A stretch of 59,920 nt of DNA from a virus. Its lineage: Duplodnaviria > Caudoviricetes. Shown here one piece after another: positions 37,401 through 47,292 of the stretch. The notes beneath the pieces are model-generated. The model was not told the DNA's origin, did no database searches, and saw only the letters and a list, made by a program, of their open reading frames with translations. Position 1 is the first letter of the stretch. Every line of letters begins with the position of its first letter. Made by a program: the position numbers and the translations under genes. The stretch is taken from IMG/VR virus record IMGVR_UViG_3300035199_000797, positions 1 through 59,920 of that record. One strand, written 5' to 3'.

Positions 37401-38195
37401 TTGACTTCCAGGGCGGTCGCGATCCTGCCTCGTGGGCACGCCCACGCGGCGCTATGGCACCAGGCCTTTCGCGATGGACTGAAGCGTCACGATATCGCGC
37501 CCGTGGCGCCGCGAGACGCCGATGTTCTGGTTGTCTGGGGCTGGGCCCAACAAGACATGATCGCGCCGCATATGGCCTCTGGCGGCGACGTTATCGTCAT
37601 GGAGCAGGGCTTTCTCGGCAATAGGTTGGAATGGTCCTCGATCGGTTTCAACGGCCTGAATGGGCGCGCCGATTTCGTCAATCCAGGCAGTCCGTCGGAT
37701 CGGTTTGAGCGGCATTTCGCCGGCCTGATGAAGCCCTGGAAACAAGACGGCGAGTATGTGCTGTTAATGGGCCAGGTGCCGGGCGATCAGGCGCTTGCGC
37801 ACGTGGATATCCGGGCGTGGTACCGAGACGCCATCTCACGATTGGCGGACTGGGAAATGCCGGTGATGTTCCGCCCACATCCATTGAGCCTCGATACTCC
37901 GGCCCCGGACGGCGCCATTGGGCTTTCCGGTGATCTGTCCGCGGCCTTGGACGGTGCGGCGGCGGCGGTGACGTTTAACTCGAACACCGGCGTTGACGCG
38001 GCCTTGGCCGGCGTTCCCGTCTATGCCCTGGACGAAGGTTCCATGGCGCGGCCTGTCGCCTGTCATGACCTGTTCATGGCGCCGCAGCGGCCTGACCGCG
38101 GGCAATGGGTCGCCAATCTGGCGTGGTGCCAATGGACGGTAGATGAAGTGGCGGCTGGCGAGGCCTGGGCGCATCTGCGGAGACACTGGGAATGA
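37401..38195 (+). CDS. GT-B glycosyltransferase-like (KpsS/capsule-synthesis-like) protein
   Basis: MEQGF, GQVPGD, FRPHP, VTFNSNTGVDAALAGVP. Confidence 0.7.
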   Translation: MTSRAVAILPRGHAHAALWHQAFRDGLKRHDIAPVAPRDADVLVVWGWAQQDMIAPHMASGGDVIVMEQGFLGNRLEWSSIGFNGLNGRADFVNPGSPSDRFERHFAGLMKPWKQDGEYVLLMGQVPGDQALAHVDIRAWYRDAISRLADWEMPVMFRPHPLSLDTPAPDGAIGLSGDLSAALDGAAAAVTFNSNTGVDAALAGVPVYALDEGSMARPVACHDLFMAPQRPDRGQWVANLAWCQWTVDEVAAGEAWAHLRRHWE

Positions 38196-38770
38196 CGTTA
38201 TCGCTTGATACGGCGCCAGGCTCGGAGCCTGTAACGTTGATGGAGGCGAAGGCGCACTTGCGCGTCACGGCTGACGATGAAGACGCCTATATCACAACAC
38301 TCATTACCGTGGCGCGGCAATGGGTGGAGAACCACACGAAAAGGGCGCTGATAACCCAGACATGGGATTTAGTTTGCGACCATTTTCCCGGCGAATTCAA
38401 AATGCCGTTGCCACCCCTGCAGAGCGTGACCTCGATCGCCTACACGGACACAGCGGGCAACGGCCAGACCCTATTGGCGGCGGATTATCAAGTTGACGCC
38501 GTCGGCAATCTGCACGGACGCATTCGGCCGGCCTCCGGGATGTCCTGGCCCAAGACGCGGGCCGAAATGAACGCTGTCACGGTGAAGTTCGTTGCCGGTT
38601 TTGGTGATGACGCAGGGGACGTTCCGGAGCAAATCAGACAGGCAATTTTGATCATGATCGCGGAACTACGATTGCGCAGGGAAGACGCCATCGTGGGGGC
38701 GCCTATTACGACCGTGCCAATGGGTGTGGAAGCCTTGTTGTCGTCCTATAAGACTTGGAGCTTCGCCTGA
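38192..38770 (+). CDS. Head-tail connector (adaptor)
   Basis: EPVTLMEAKAHLRV...VPEQIRQAIL. Confidence 0.9.
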   Translation: MTLSLDTAPGSEPVTLMEAKAHLRVTADDEDAYITTLITVARQWVENHTKRALITQTWDLVCDHFPGEFKMPLPPLQSVTSIAYTDTAGNGQTLLAADYQVDAVGNLHGRIRPASGMSWPKTRAEMNAVTVKFVAGFGDDAGDVPEQIRQAILIMIAELRLRREDAIVGAPITTVPMGVEALLSSYKTWSFA

Positions 38771-39087
38771 TGCGGGCCGGGGATATGGACCGCATGATCA
38801 CCATCCGTCAGGTCAGCGTGGTTCAAGGCCCCGACGGAGCGGATATTGAAACCTGGTCTGATCTGGCGAGCGTTTGGGCGAAAGTACGTCCGGCTCGCGG
38901 TCGGGAGAACACTGGGCAGCCCGGCATAATCGCGGAGGCTGATACGGTGTTCACAATCTGGCATCGAGCGGATGTCACACGCCGCATGGAAATCAGGTAC
39001 GACGGCGACGACTACGACATCAAGTCGATAAATGAGCTTGGCCGACGGGAAGGCCTGGAAATCCACGCGACGGCACAAGTCACATGA
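38770..39087 (+). CDS. Head closure protein
   Basis: MRAGDMDRMITI...VWAKV...YDIKSI. Confidence 0.88.
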   Translation: MRAGDMDRMITIRQVSVVQGPDGADIETWSDLASVWAKVRPARGRENTGQPGIIAEADTVFTIWHRADVTRRMEIRYDGDDYDIKSINELGRREGLEIHATAQVT

Positions 39088-39470
39088 CAATCCAGGATGA
39101 GCTTTTCACCCGCTTGAAGGACGACGCGGGGGTCTCGGCGATAGTGGGCACCGGGATCTATCCGGTTCGGTTGCCGCAGAATAAGTCGACCCCGGCACTG
39201 GTCTATACGCAAATTTCCGGTCCGCGCCTACACGACCTGGGCGGCGCTTCTGATCGGGCCATGCCACGGTTCCAGGTCGATTGCTGGGCAGATACGGCCG
39301 CCGCGGCGAAGTCGTTGGCCGATGCGGTGCGGGCTTCACTGAACGGCTTTAACGGCACCCTGACGACGATCAAGGCGACAATCAGGCTCGACAACGAGCA
39401 AGAAGATTACGACGACGGCGCGAAGCTATACCGCGTCATTCAAGACTACCGACTTAACCACACAGAATAG
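39084..39470 (+). CDS. Tail terminator (DUF3168)
   Basis: IYP..LPQ..P...RFQVDCWA. Confidence 0.85.
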   Translation: MTIQDELFTRLKDDAGVSAIVGTGIYPVRLPQNKSTPALVYTQISGPRLHDLGGASDRAMPRFQVDCWADTAAAAKSLADAVRASLNGFNGTLTTIKATIRLDNEQEDYDDGAKLYRVIQDYRLNHTE

Positions 39471-39477
39471 GTGATCC

Positions 39478-39747
39478 ATGGCCCTTTATGTTGTAGGCGG
39501 GCGTCTGATCCGCGCCCGCAATGGCGATCACGCCTGCGAAATCGCTGAACAGCCGGAAGCCGACGTATTGCGCGTCAAGGAGGACGGCGAATACGGCTTT
39601 GTAACGGTGCCGGGATCCGGGCCGCAACCGCTCGAAGCCGAACCGGATGAACCTGACGAAATTGAGATCACCAATCTGAACGACAAAGGCGCTCGCCGAT
39701 TCAAGAACAAGAAAACCGGCGAAGAGCGCGCCGAAAAGAAAACCTGA
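39478..39747 (+). CDS. Hypothetical protein
   Basis: RBS; lies in the tail operon. Confidence 0.55.
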   Translation: MALYVVGGRLIRARNGDHACEIAEQPEADVLRVKEDGEYGFVTVPGSGPQPLEAEPDEPDEIEITNLNDKGARRFKNKKTGEERAEKKT

Positions 39748-39846
39748 ATACCGCCAGAACGGTGGTTGCCCTAAACGCGGCCTGGGCACCCGCGCCCGCG
39801 AACGCTGTGAAAGCGCCCGCCCTCCCAACTAGATGGAGCCCCGAAT

Positions 39847-40263
39847 ATGCCAACCTATCTTGCCGACGGTACTGTTTTTTCACGAGGCGATTCCGCGTCC
39901 CCTGAGGTCTTTACGCCAATCGCGCAAGTGCAGGCGATCGGGACAATTGGCCAAACCAGACCCCTGATCAATGTCTCCAATCTGTCATCCACCGGGACGG
40001 AATGGAAGAAAGGGCTCGCGGACGGCGAGGAAATAACCCTGGCCATTCAATACGATCCCGACGACACCGGGCACGGCGGCTTGCGCGCGGATTTGGCCGC
40101 CAACACGACCCGGAACTTCAGGGTGACGTTTACCGACAGCCCGGCACAGACCGTCACGTTCGCCGGCCTGGTGACGGGCTGGGTCAACGACGGCATCGAG
40201 GTCGATGGCGTGCTGATGCTGCAAGTCACGATCAAGCCTAGTGGCGATCTGACGTACGCTTAA
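39847..40263 (+). CDS. Major tail tube protein
   Basis: GLADGEEITL, RNFRVTF, TFAGLV, IKPSG. Confidence 0.85.
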   Translation: MPTYLADGTVFSRGDSASPEVFTPIAQVQAIGTIGQTRPLINVSNLSSTGTEWKKGLADGEEITLAIQYDPDDTGHGGLRADLAANTTRNFRVTFTDSPAQTVTFAGLVTGWVNDGIEVDGVLMLQVTIKPSGDLTYA

Positions 40264-40281
40264 ACCTGAAAGGAGCCATGA

Positions 40282-40647
40282 ATGGCACGCAAAGCGAAGA
40301 CAGACGATTTTCTCACCAAGGCCATGGCGCTTGGGAAACCACAACCGGTTGACGATATCCCCGGCCTTGGCATGAAGGTATTCGTCCAGTCCCTGAGCGG
40401 GGCGGCTGTAGACGCCATTGCGGAGCAATGCCTGAAGCCCGGAAAGGAGACGACGGACGACGACGCCTTCGATGATGAGGCGCTAACCTTACAAATCACT
40501 GTTGCCTCGATTGTCGACAAGAAAGGCAAACGGCTGATCCCCGAAGGTCGGGAAAGCGAATGGTCCAAGCTGCCGGCACTTGTTCAGGCGCCTTTGCGGC
40601 TGGCCGCTTTGCGGGCCAACGGTATGAGTGGCGCGGCGGGAAACTGA
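40282..40647 (+). CDS. Tail assembly chaperone G
   Basis: Ends G GGA AAC TGA, a -1 slippery site at 40638-40644. Confidence 0.85.
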   Translation: MARKAKTDDFLTKAMALGKPQPVDDIPGLGMKVFVQSLSGAAVDAIAEQCLKPGKETTDDDAFDDEALTLQITVASIVDKKGKRLIPEGRESEWSKLPALVQAPLRLAALRANGMSGAAGN

Positions 40648-41006
40648 CCGAGCGTCGGCGGTTTCTCTACCGCCTGGCGCTGGCTTTGGGCTGTCCTGAC
40701 GTGGATCTGTTGGCGGGCAGCCTGGCCGACTGGCAGCTTCGCGAATGGGCGGAGTTTTTTCAGCTTGAGCCCTGGGGGGCCGAAATGGAGTGGTACCGCA
40801 CCGGTACCATTGCCGCGATGATTGGCAATACGGCGCCGAACCGGAGGAGAAACGCCAAGACGTTCGCGGCGAAGGACTTCGTGCCTGATTTCCAACCGCG
40901 GCGGTCGAGGACGAAATCCGGCAAGCCAAACACCAAGGCGTTGCGGGCGAGCTTCATGGAGACATTCGGGCACCGAATAAAGCACACCAGAAAGAAGGAA
41001 CCTTAG
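40638..41006 (+). CDS. Tail assembly chaperone GT extension (-1 frameshift)
   Basis: -1 frame open after GGGAAAC; RLALALG...EW..F..LEPWG. Confidence 0.8.
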   Translation, partial: GKLTERRRFLYRLALALGCPDVDLLAGSLADWQLREWAEFFQLEPWGAEMEWYRTGTIAAMIGNTAPNRRRNAKTFAAKDFVPDFQPRRSRTKSGKPNTKALRASFMETFGHRIKHTRKKEP

Positions 41007-41008
41007 TC

Positions 41009-41425
41009 ATGGTGGGCAGGATCGATTTTGACATCAAGGGGGCCGATGAAATGGAGCGGCTTCTTAAGGAACTCGGCCCCAAAGTTGCTGCCCGCGTCGG
41101 CGATCAGGCGTTGCGCGCGGGGGCCAGGCCCATCGTGGCGGAAGCCAAGCGGTTGGTGCACAAGCGAACCGGAGAGTTGAGGAAATCAATCACGGCAAGG
41201 ATCGAGCGCAAACGGAAGGATGATGATGAGCGGGTGGTGTTGATTGGCTTCAAGGCCCCGGCCAGCCGCCGCGCGCATTTGGAGGAATTCGGGACAGCTC
41301 ATTCGCGAGCGCATCCCTTCATGCGGCCGGCGATGGATTCGAAGGCCGGTGAGGCCCTGGACGAGATCGGCCGCGTTATGGCCAAGGGGATCACCAGAGA
41401 GGCCGCGAAACTGGCGAAGAAGTAG
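41009..41425 (+). CDS. HK97 gp10-like tail-component protein
   Basis: RTGELRKSI, EFGT, AHPFMRPA. Confidence 0.88.
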   Translation: MVGRIDFDIKGADEMERLLKELGPKVAARVGDQALRAGARPIVAEAKRLVHKRTGELRKSITARIERKRKDDDERVVLIGFKAPASRRAHLEEFGTAHSRAHPFMRPAMDSKAGEALDEIGRVMAKGITREAAKLAKK

Positions 41426-41513
41426 GGGTTGGCCCGGTTCGTTCCGGCGAAGGCAATAATCGAGTTTCGGGCGGTCCAGGTGGCCGCCCTTTCCTTATAG
41501 AAATAGGTGAACA

Positions 41514-44500
41514 ATGGGATCAATGGGCAGCCTGGTAGCGGACATGCGCCTGAATTCCTCCGCGTTCACCCGGGACTTGGGAAAAGCACGGCGCGACGTT
41601 GCGAGCAACTCGGCCCAGATGAAGAAGTCGATGCGCAGTATCGAGCAGGCATCGCGCAATGTGTCGAAGCGATTTGGCCAGCTTCGCGGAGCTGCGGTTG
41701 CGCTGGGCGGTGCTCTCGCTGTTCGGCAATTCACGTCCTTCGCCAAGGCCGCAATTAAATCCGCCGACTCGATCGCAAAGCAGTCACGTCAATTGAAGAT
41801 TGCTGCATCTGAGTTCCAGCGTTATCGCATCGAGGGTGAAATTGCCGGCGTCGAGACAGCGAAATTGGAATCTGGCCTGGGCGCTTTCGTGAAAAGGGTT
41901 GGCGAACTGCGCGCCGGAACCGGCACGCTGGTGACGATTTTGGACAAATCAAATGTCTCGCTGAAAAATCAGCTTCTCGCGGCGACAAGTTCCGAACAGG
42001 GCTTCCGCATTATGCTGAAGGCGATCAGGGAGTCGGAGTCGGCGTTCGACAAGCAGGCCCTGGCCGCCGCCGCCTTTGGCCGCCAGGCCGGGCAGTCGAT
42101 GGTGCTATTGGCCAATTCCATCGGCACGCTCGACGCAGAAATGGTGAAATTGGTTCAGCGCAGCGATACGGTTCTTGCGTCGGGCGAGAAACTCAACGAC
42201 CAGTTCACACTGCTGCAGACGACATTCGGTGCTGGCTTTGATACGGCCATCATTAACGATCTGTCGGGGTCGGTGGGCGACCTGAAAAACGGGATGGTGG
42301 AAGCCCGTACACTTGGCGAGCAATTCGGCAAAGCCGTTGGAACATCGCTTCGTGCAGTGGCTGAGGCGGCGAAATTCGCGGGCCGGCATATGCGCGAGAT
42401 CGGCGCCGCGATTGCTGCCGTGGTGGCGTTCAAGGGCGCCGCCATTTTTGGCGGTATCGCCGTGGCCGTTGGCCGCTTCGCCCTTAGTTTGAAGGCCGCG
42501 GCGACGAGTGCTGCGGCATTGAATGTCGCGTTGAAGCTCAATCCGATCGCCATCGCGATAGGCCTTGCCGCCAGCGCGGCGGTCCTATTGGCCACCAACA
42601 CCAACAAGGCCGAAGAAGCGGCGCGCCGGCATAGGGAGGCAATTGACGCCGTAAAAGCCGCACTGGGCAAATCCGCTCCGGAGTTCAAGCAAGCCTCCAA
42701 GTCCGCGCGTCGGCTTGCAGAGGACGACATCACGGCAGCGGAGGCGCGGCTGCGGCTGATTGATGTGCTTATCGCCTCCCAGGGCGTGGGCATGCTGGGC
42801 AATGATACCGCGACCTCCAGACAGTTGGCGGAGATCAAGGCGCTCGGAGAACGCATTGCGGAAACCAAACGGGGCCTCCAGGACCTGGCCGCGGCGGGTA
42901 AAGAGGCAAGTGCCGAAATAGCCGAGGCCAACAAGGCGGCGGCTGACGCCGCGCCCCTGAAAGCCTTCACGGCGGATATGGCGAAAGTGGTGGCAGGGTG
43001 GAAGGCGGCCGCCGAAGAGCGGAAAAAGACGGCTGCCGCAATCGCGAAATCCACGAGTGCACTAAAGGTTGAAGCTCATCAGCAGCGGCTTCTAGCCAGG
43101 GCGCTGAAAGTCTCACAGGCGGAGTATGAGCGGGTAAAGGAGAAAATTGATCTCGCCAATGCGGCTGCAAAGCTGGGCAAAGGCGTTACGGACAAACAGG
43201 CGGGCGCCTACGTCGAGGCATTCCGGAAGGCGCAAAAGTTCCGCAAAGAGCTCGTAAATCTCAAGAAAGCCCAACAAGGCGCCAAGGCGACCATTGCGAG
43301 CCTGACAACCACGACTGATCGCTACAACGATGAGGTCAAGTCCCTCGACGACCAGCTTCGGCGCAAACTGATCACTGAGGATCAGCACGCAGAGGCTGTC
43401 AGAAATATGAGATCCGAACTATTAGGCGTCACGGATGCGACTCGGCAGTATCAGGATCGTTTGAACCATCTTAACGCCGCACGTGAACATGGAATTCTGA
43501 ACGAGCAACAGCAGGCCAACGCGGTTGGCTATGCGCGGCTGGAGATGCTGCGGATGCAGGCCGAACAGCAGCGTACCTTTGGCGCGGGAGCCCGGCTCGC
43601 CTCGGCTCAATACTTCGACGGCATACGCAGCCATTCAGAAAACGCGCGGCAATTCGTAGGCAATGCCTTCACGGGTCTGGAGGGGACACTTTCTGATTTC
43701 TTTGCCAGCGGCGAGGTTTCATTCGGGAGGTTCACTGACCTGGTCAAGCGGGGCCTGGCCGACATAGCCGCCAAGGGCGTGATTTCGGTGGCCGGTTCGT
43801 TCGCCAAGGGGGCGCTGGAAACTGTTGGCGGATCGATTGGCAGCAGGATTGCCAACACGGTATTCGCGGCGGAGGGCGGCCTTATCACCGGGCCCGGTTC
43901 CGACCGTAGCGACAACATACCGGCGATGCTGTCGCCTGGGGAGTTCGTGGTCAACGCGGCGTCAGTCCGGAAGTATGGGCGTGGGTTGTTCCACCAGCTT
44001 AATGCCGGCGACCGTGGCCCTGTGGAAACCGCCAGCGGGCTGCCGGGGTTTGGGTTCGGATCCTTCATTTCGAAAGCCTTCAAATCCGTTGCCAAGGTGG
44101 TCAAGAAGGTGGCCGGTTTCATCGTTTCGAGTATCAAGGGCACAATTCAGGGGTTGGCGTCGGGCGACCCTCTGGCGATTGCGGCTATTGTGTCTTCGTT
44201 CGTCCTGCCAGGCATTACCACGGCTATTTCAGGCGCCGTATCGTCGGCTCAGGCAGCGGTCGCATTTGGCGGCAATCTATCAGCGGGTGCCGGCTTTGGC
44301 GCCGCGGCCAGTCTGTCCGGTCAAATCGGCACGATCGCTCGGGCTATCTCGTCAGGCATTTCCGACAGTTTCGCATCGGGAATTCTTGGCGGTTCATTTT
44401 CGCCGACATCCGTTGCGTCCTCCCTTGTGAGCGGAGCCGTCGGCAAGGCCGCGACCACGGCAGTATCCGAGACGTTGGTTGGCGGCCCGGCCGATAAATC

Positions 44501-44921
44501 GGGGCTGGCTCAGACCTTCATCGCCGGTGAAGGCGGCCGGTTTGCAAAGAGTATCGGCGGCTCCTTCGATAAGCTTGTCGTGGATGCCGCGCCGTTTCTG
44601 GCTGACGTGCCGCAATTCAAGAAAGGCGGGTTCGTACCGAATACCGGCCTGGCGAATTTGCATTCCGGTGAATTCGTGGTGAACAGCCAGGCGGTGGACC
44701 GGGTTGGCGCAAAGAATCTCGCACGCCTCAATACGGGGGCTATTCAGGCGGGAGACGCCGCCAATGACAACATTGCCCGCGCCATAGCGAATGACAGCCG
44801 TATACAGAGCGATAATTTCCACCGTCTTGAAGAAACAATTGCTGAGGGTTTGGGCGCCTTGCAGCGCGAAATCCGCAATATGCAGGGCGCAGACCGCGTG
44901 GCCGGCGTGAGGGCGGCCTAG
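41514..44921 (+). CDS. Tape measure protein
   Basis: 1135 aa Ala-rich helical protein; GSLVADM start; GPGSDRSDNIPAMLSPGEFVV. Confidence 0.93.
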   Translation: MGSMGSLVADMRLNSSAFTRDLGKARRDVASNSAQMKKSMRSIEQASRNVSKRFGQLRGAAVALGGALAVRQFTSFAKAAIKSADSIAKQSRQLKIAASEFQRYRIEGEIAGVETAKLESGLGAFVKRVGELRAGTGTLVTILDKSNVSLKNQLLAATSSEQGFRIMLKAIRESESAFDKQALAAAAFGRQAGQSMVLLANSIGTLDAEMVKLVQRSDTVLASGEKLNDQFTLLQTTFGAGFDTAIINDLSGSVGDLKNGMVEARTLGEQFGKAVGTSLRAVAEAAKFAGRHMREIGAAIAAVVAFKGAAIFGGIAVAVGRFALSLKAAATSAAALNVALKLNPIAIAIGLAASAAVLLATNTNKAEEAARRHREAIDAVKAALGKSAPEFKQASKSARRLAEDDITAAEARLRLIDVLIASQGVGMLGNDTATSRQLAEIKALGERIAETKRGLQDLAAAGKEASAEIAEANKAAADAAPLKAFTADMAKVVAGWKAAAEERKKTAAAIAKSTSALKVEAHQQRLLARALKVSQAEYERVKEKIDLANAAAKLGKGVTDKQAGAYVEAFRKAQKFRKELVNLKKAQQGAKATIASLTTTTDRYNDEVKSLDDQLRRKLITEDQHAEAVRNMRSELLGVTDATRQYQDRLNHLNAAREHGILNEQQQANAVGYARLEMLRMQAEQQRTFGAGARLASAQYFDGIRSHSENARQFVGNAFTGLEGTLSDFFASGEVSFGRFTDLVKRGLADIAAKGVISVAGSFAKGALETVGGSIGSRIANTVFAAEGGLITGPGSDRSDNIPAMLSPGEFVVNAASVRKYGRGLFHQLNAGDRGPVETASGLPGFGFGSFISKAFKSVAKVVKKVAGFIVSSIKGTIQGLASGDPLAIAAIVSSFVLPGITTAISGAVSSAQAAVAFGGNLSAGAGFGAAASLSGQIGTIARAISSGISDSFASGILGGSFSPTSVASSLVSGAVGKAATTAVSETLVGGPADKSGLAQTFIAGEGGRFAKSIGGSFDKLVVDAAPFLADVPQFKKGGFVPNTGLANLHSGEFVVNSQAVDRVGAKNLARLNTGAIQAGDAANDNIARAIANDSRIQSDNFHRLEETIAEGLGALQREIRNMQGADRVAGVRAA

Positions 44922-46433
44922 TTGTCCGTTTTCACCAATCCATATGCGGAAAAGCATTATCTCGCGGTCCTTCAGCCTTACGATCCAGGCGGCAGCCCGG
45001 CTGGCGTGGTGTCGCTCTACTATTCGACGCACGGTTTTACGACTGAGCCCGGCGATACGCCGTCCAACACCCATTTCGAGGGCCGTCTTGCGGACGCGAT
45101 CACGTTTCGCCGCTCGATGTTCCAGTCGGGTCTAATTGGCGGCCGTTCCGTTCCGGGTTATGGCGTTTTGAGGCTCGCCAACGCGGATGGCGGTTTGGAT
45201 CATCTGGCGGACTACGCCTGGGACGGGCGGGCCATCACGGTGATGATCGGCACGAAGGGCGATGGCTATTCGGATTACACGACAATCTTCGAAGGCACCG
45301 CGCAGGGCATCGAGTTCGACGGCCTGGAACTGGTTGTGCAATTGCGCGATCTGCAACACAAGATCGACGTGCCGATGCAGGCCGCATTGTTTGCCGGCAC
45401 TGGCGGTGACGAAGGTGTCGCGGACCTGACGGGCCGGCGCAAGCCGCTCTGCTACGGCCGTTGCCTGAATATAACGCCTGTCATGCTCAATGCCGCCTCA
45501 GGCACCTACATGGCGCATCCCGGGCCCATCGAGGACGTGGATGCGCTCTATGTGGGCGGTGTCGCGTATACCAAGGTCGGCGGCTCACCGGCTGCCAATC
45601 AGTACAGCGTCAATGTCTCCACCGGCGTCGCGACCGTGGGCGGTGCGCCGGTGACGGGCCAGGTCACTTGTGATGTGAAGGGGGCAAAACCATCGACCTA
45701 CCTAACGACAGTGGCCGACATCGCGAAAGAGATCGTCATGACGCAAGGCGGGCTGACGTCCGGCGATCTCGACCTCACGAGCTTCACGGATCTCAATACC
45801 GCCAATAGCGCGACGGTTGGAATTTACATCAATGGTGGTTCGGAACGCTCGATCCTGTCGGTTCTCGACGAACTGACCGCCAGCATTGGCGGCTTCTATG
45901 GCTTTGACCGTTCGGGCAAGTTCGCGGTTGGCCGACTGGAAGCCCCGACCGGAATGGCGGATGCGGCATACGATGACACCGAAGTGCTGGAACTGACGCG
46001 GTTGCCCACGGCAGTGCCGGCCTGGCGGATCGTGCTCGGCTACGAACCTAATTGGACGGTTCAGGTTGAATTTCAGGTGGGCGGTGCGCCCGCGGCGCAG
46101 CGAGATTTCACGGCCCGGTCGTTCCGCCATAAAACCGCCGAAGACGCGGCCGTCCAAACGACACACCTGATGGCCGGGGAGCTCAAAGTAAACACACTGA
46201 TCGATGGCGCGGGCGACGCGGGCACAGAGGCCTCCCGCTTGCTCACGCTCTACAAGGCCGACCGTGATGTTTACCGCGCACGGCTCAAGGTGCAGCCGTT
46301 TCAACGTGAACTCAACGACGAGATCAACATCGAGGACCCGCGCTATGGGTTGGCGGCTGGGAAAGACTTCCGCGTTGTATCGGTCAATGAGAACAGTGCC
46401 GACAACGAAGTCGAACTGGAGCTATGGGGCTGA
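44922..46433 (+). CDS. Tail tip/hub protein
   Basis: Follows the tape measure gene; KPLCYGRCLNITP. Confidence 0.7.
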   Translation: MSVFTNPYAEKHYLAVLQPYDPGGSPAGVVSLYYSTHGFTTEPGDTPSNTHFEGRLADAITFRRSMFQSGLIGGRSVPGYGVLRLANADGGLDHLADYAWDGRAITVMIGTKGDGYSDYTTIFEGTAQGIEFDGLELVVQLRDLQHKIDVPMQAALFAGTGGDEGVADLTGRRKPLCYGRCLNITPVMLNAASGTYMAHPGPIEDVDALYVGGVAYTKVGGSPAANQYSVNVSTGVATVGGAPVTGQVTCDVKGAKPSTYLTTVADIAKEIVMTQGGLTSGDLDLTSFTDLNTANSATVGIYINGGSERSILSVLDELTASIGGFYGFDRSGKFAVGRLEAPTGMADAAYDDTEVLELTRLPTAVPAWRIVLGYEPNWTVQVEFQVGGAPAAQRDFTARSFRHKTAEDAAVQTTHLMAGELKVNTLIDGAGDAGTEASRLLTLYKADRDVYRARLKVQPFQRELNDEINIEDPRYGLAAGKDFRVVSVNENSADNEVELELWG

Positions 46434-47284
46434 TGACGATCAAATCGGCGCTGATCTACCGAAACTGGGCCGATGACGCCACGCTATCGGCTGGCTCGTG
46501 GGTGGCCGGCCTGCCGCTAACGAACCTCTTGAACCAACAGCCCACCAAGGTTGCGCGCAGCGCCGATGCCGCGTTGGCCAGCACCAAGTTTGACGTTGAT
46601 CTAACGGGGCCGCGGTCGATTAGCCTCGTATCGCTGCTTCGGCATAATCTTGAGAACTCGGCGCGGTGGCGATTCCAGATCAGCAATGTCGCGAACTTCA
46701 GTGTCACGGTGCATGACAGCGGATGGGCGGACGTGTGGCCCGCGATCCAGACATGGGGCCAGCTCTCGTGGTGCGAATTCCAATGGGATGGCCGGTTCCC
46801 GGCAGCGGAGGCGCAGGATCTAGGGCCAACGACCTATGGCTATCTCCCGACCGCTGTTGTGGGCCGCTACGTGCGGATCGAGATCGACGATACCATCAAT
46901 GGCGATGGCTACGTGCAGGCCGGACGCCTCTATGTCGCGCCGGCCTGGTTTCTCGGCGTCGGTTACGATTGGGCCATCCAGTACATCGACGAGAGCAGGC
47001 GCAGTCAGTCCCGTGGCGGCCAGCGTTACGTGGACGCCATCCCGAAACGGCGGCGGATTACCTTTCTGGCCAATGGCATGACGAAGGACGAAGCCTACGT
47101 GCAGGCGTTCGACGCGGAGCGCCTGAATGGCATAAGCGGCGATGTGGTCTTCGTGCCCGATATCGCCGACGTGGTGCAGCGGATTCGGCAGGGCGTTTAT
47201 GGGACCTTCTCCAGGACTTCGCCGTTGCCCAACGAAGGCCCGGACCACTACACGAAATCTTTCCATATCGACGAACTTCTGTGA
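46433..47284 (+). CDS. Tail protein
   Basis: TGATG-coupled; beta-rich; GYVQAGRL. Confidence 0.65.
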   Translation: MTIKSALIYRNWADDATLSAGSWVAGLPLTNLLNQQPTKVARSADAALASTKFDVDLTGPRSISLVSLLRHNLENSARWRFQISNVANFSVTVHDSGWADVWPAIQTWGQLSWCEFQWDGRFPAAEAQDLGPTTYGYLPTAVVGRYVRIEIDDTINGDGYVQAGRLYVAPAWFLGVGYDWAIQYIDESRRSQSRGGQRYVDAIPKRRRITFLANGMTKDEAYVQAFDAERLNGISGDVVFVPDIADVVQRIRQGVYGTFSRTSPLPNEGPDHYTKSFHIDELL

Positions 47285-47292
47285 GGTAGAGC

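Noticed and set aside
40638-40644. GGGAAAC frameshift as a novelty
   Set aside because: This is the standard tail chaperone G/GT frameshift.
42155-43054. Long antisense ORFs across structural genes
   Set aside because: Expected shadows in high-GC coding DNA.
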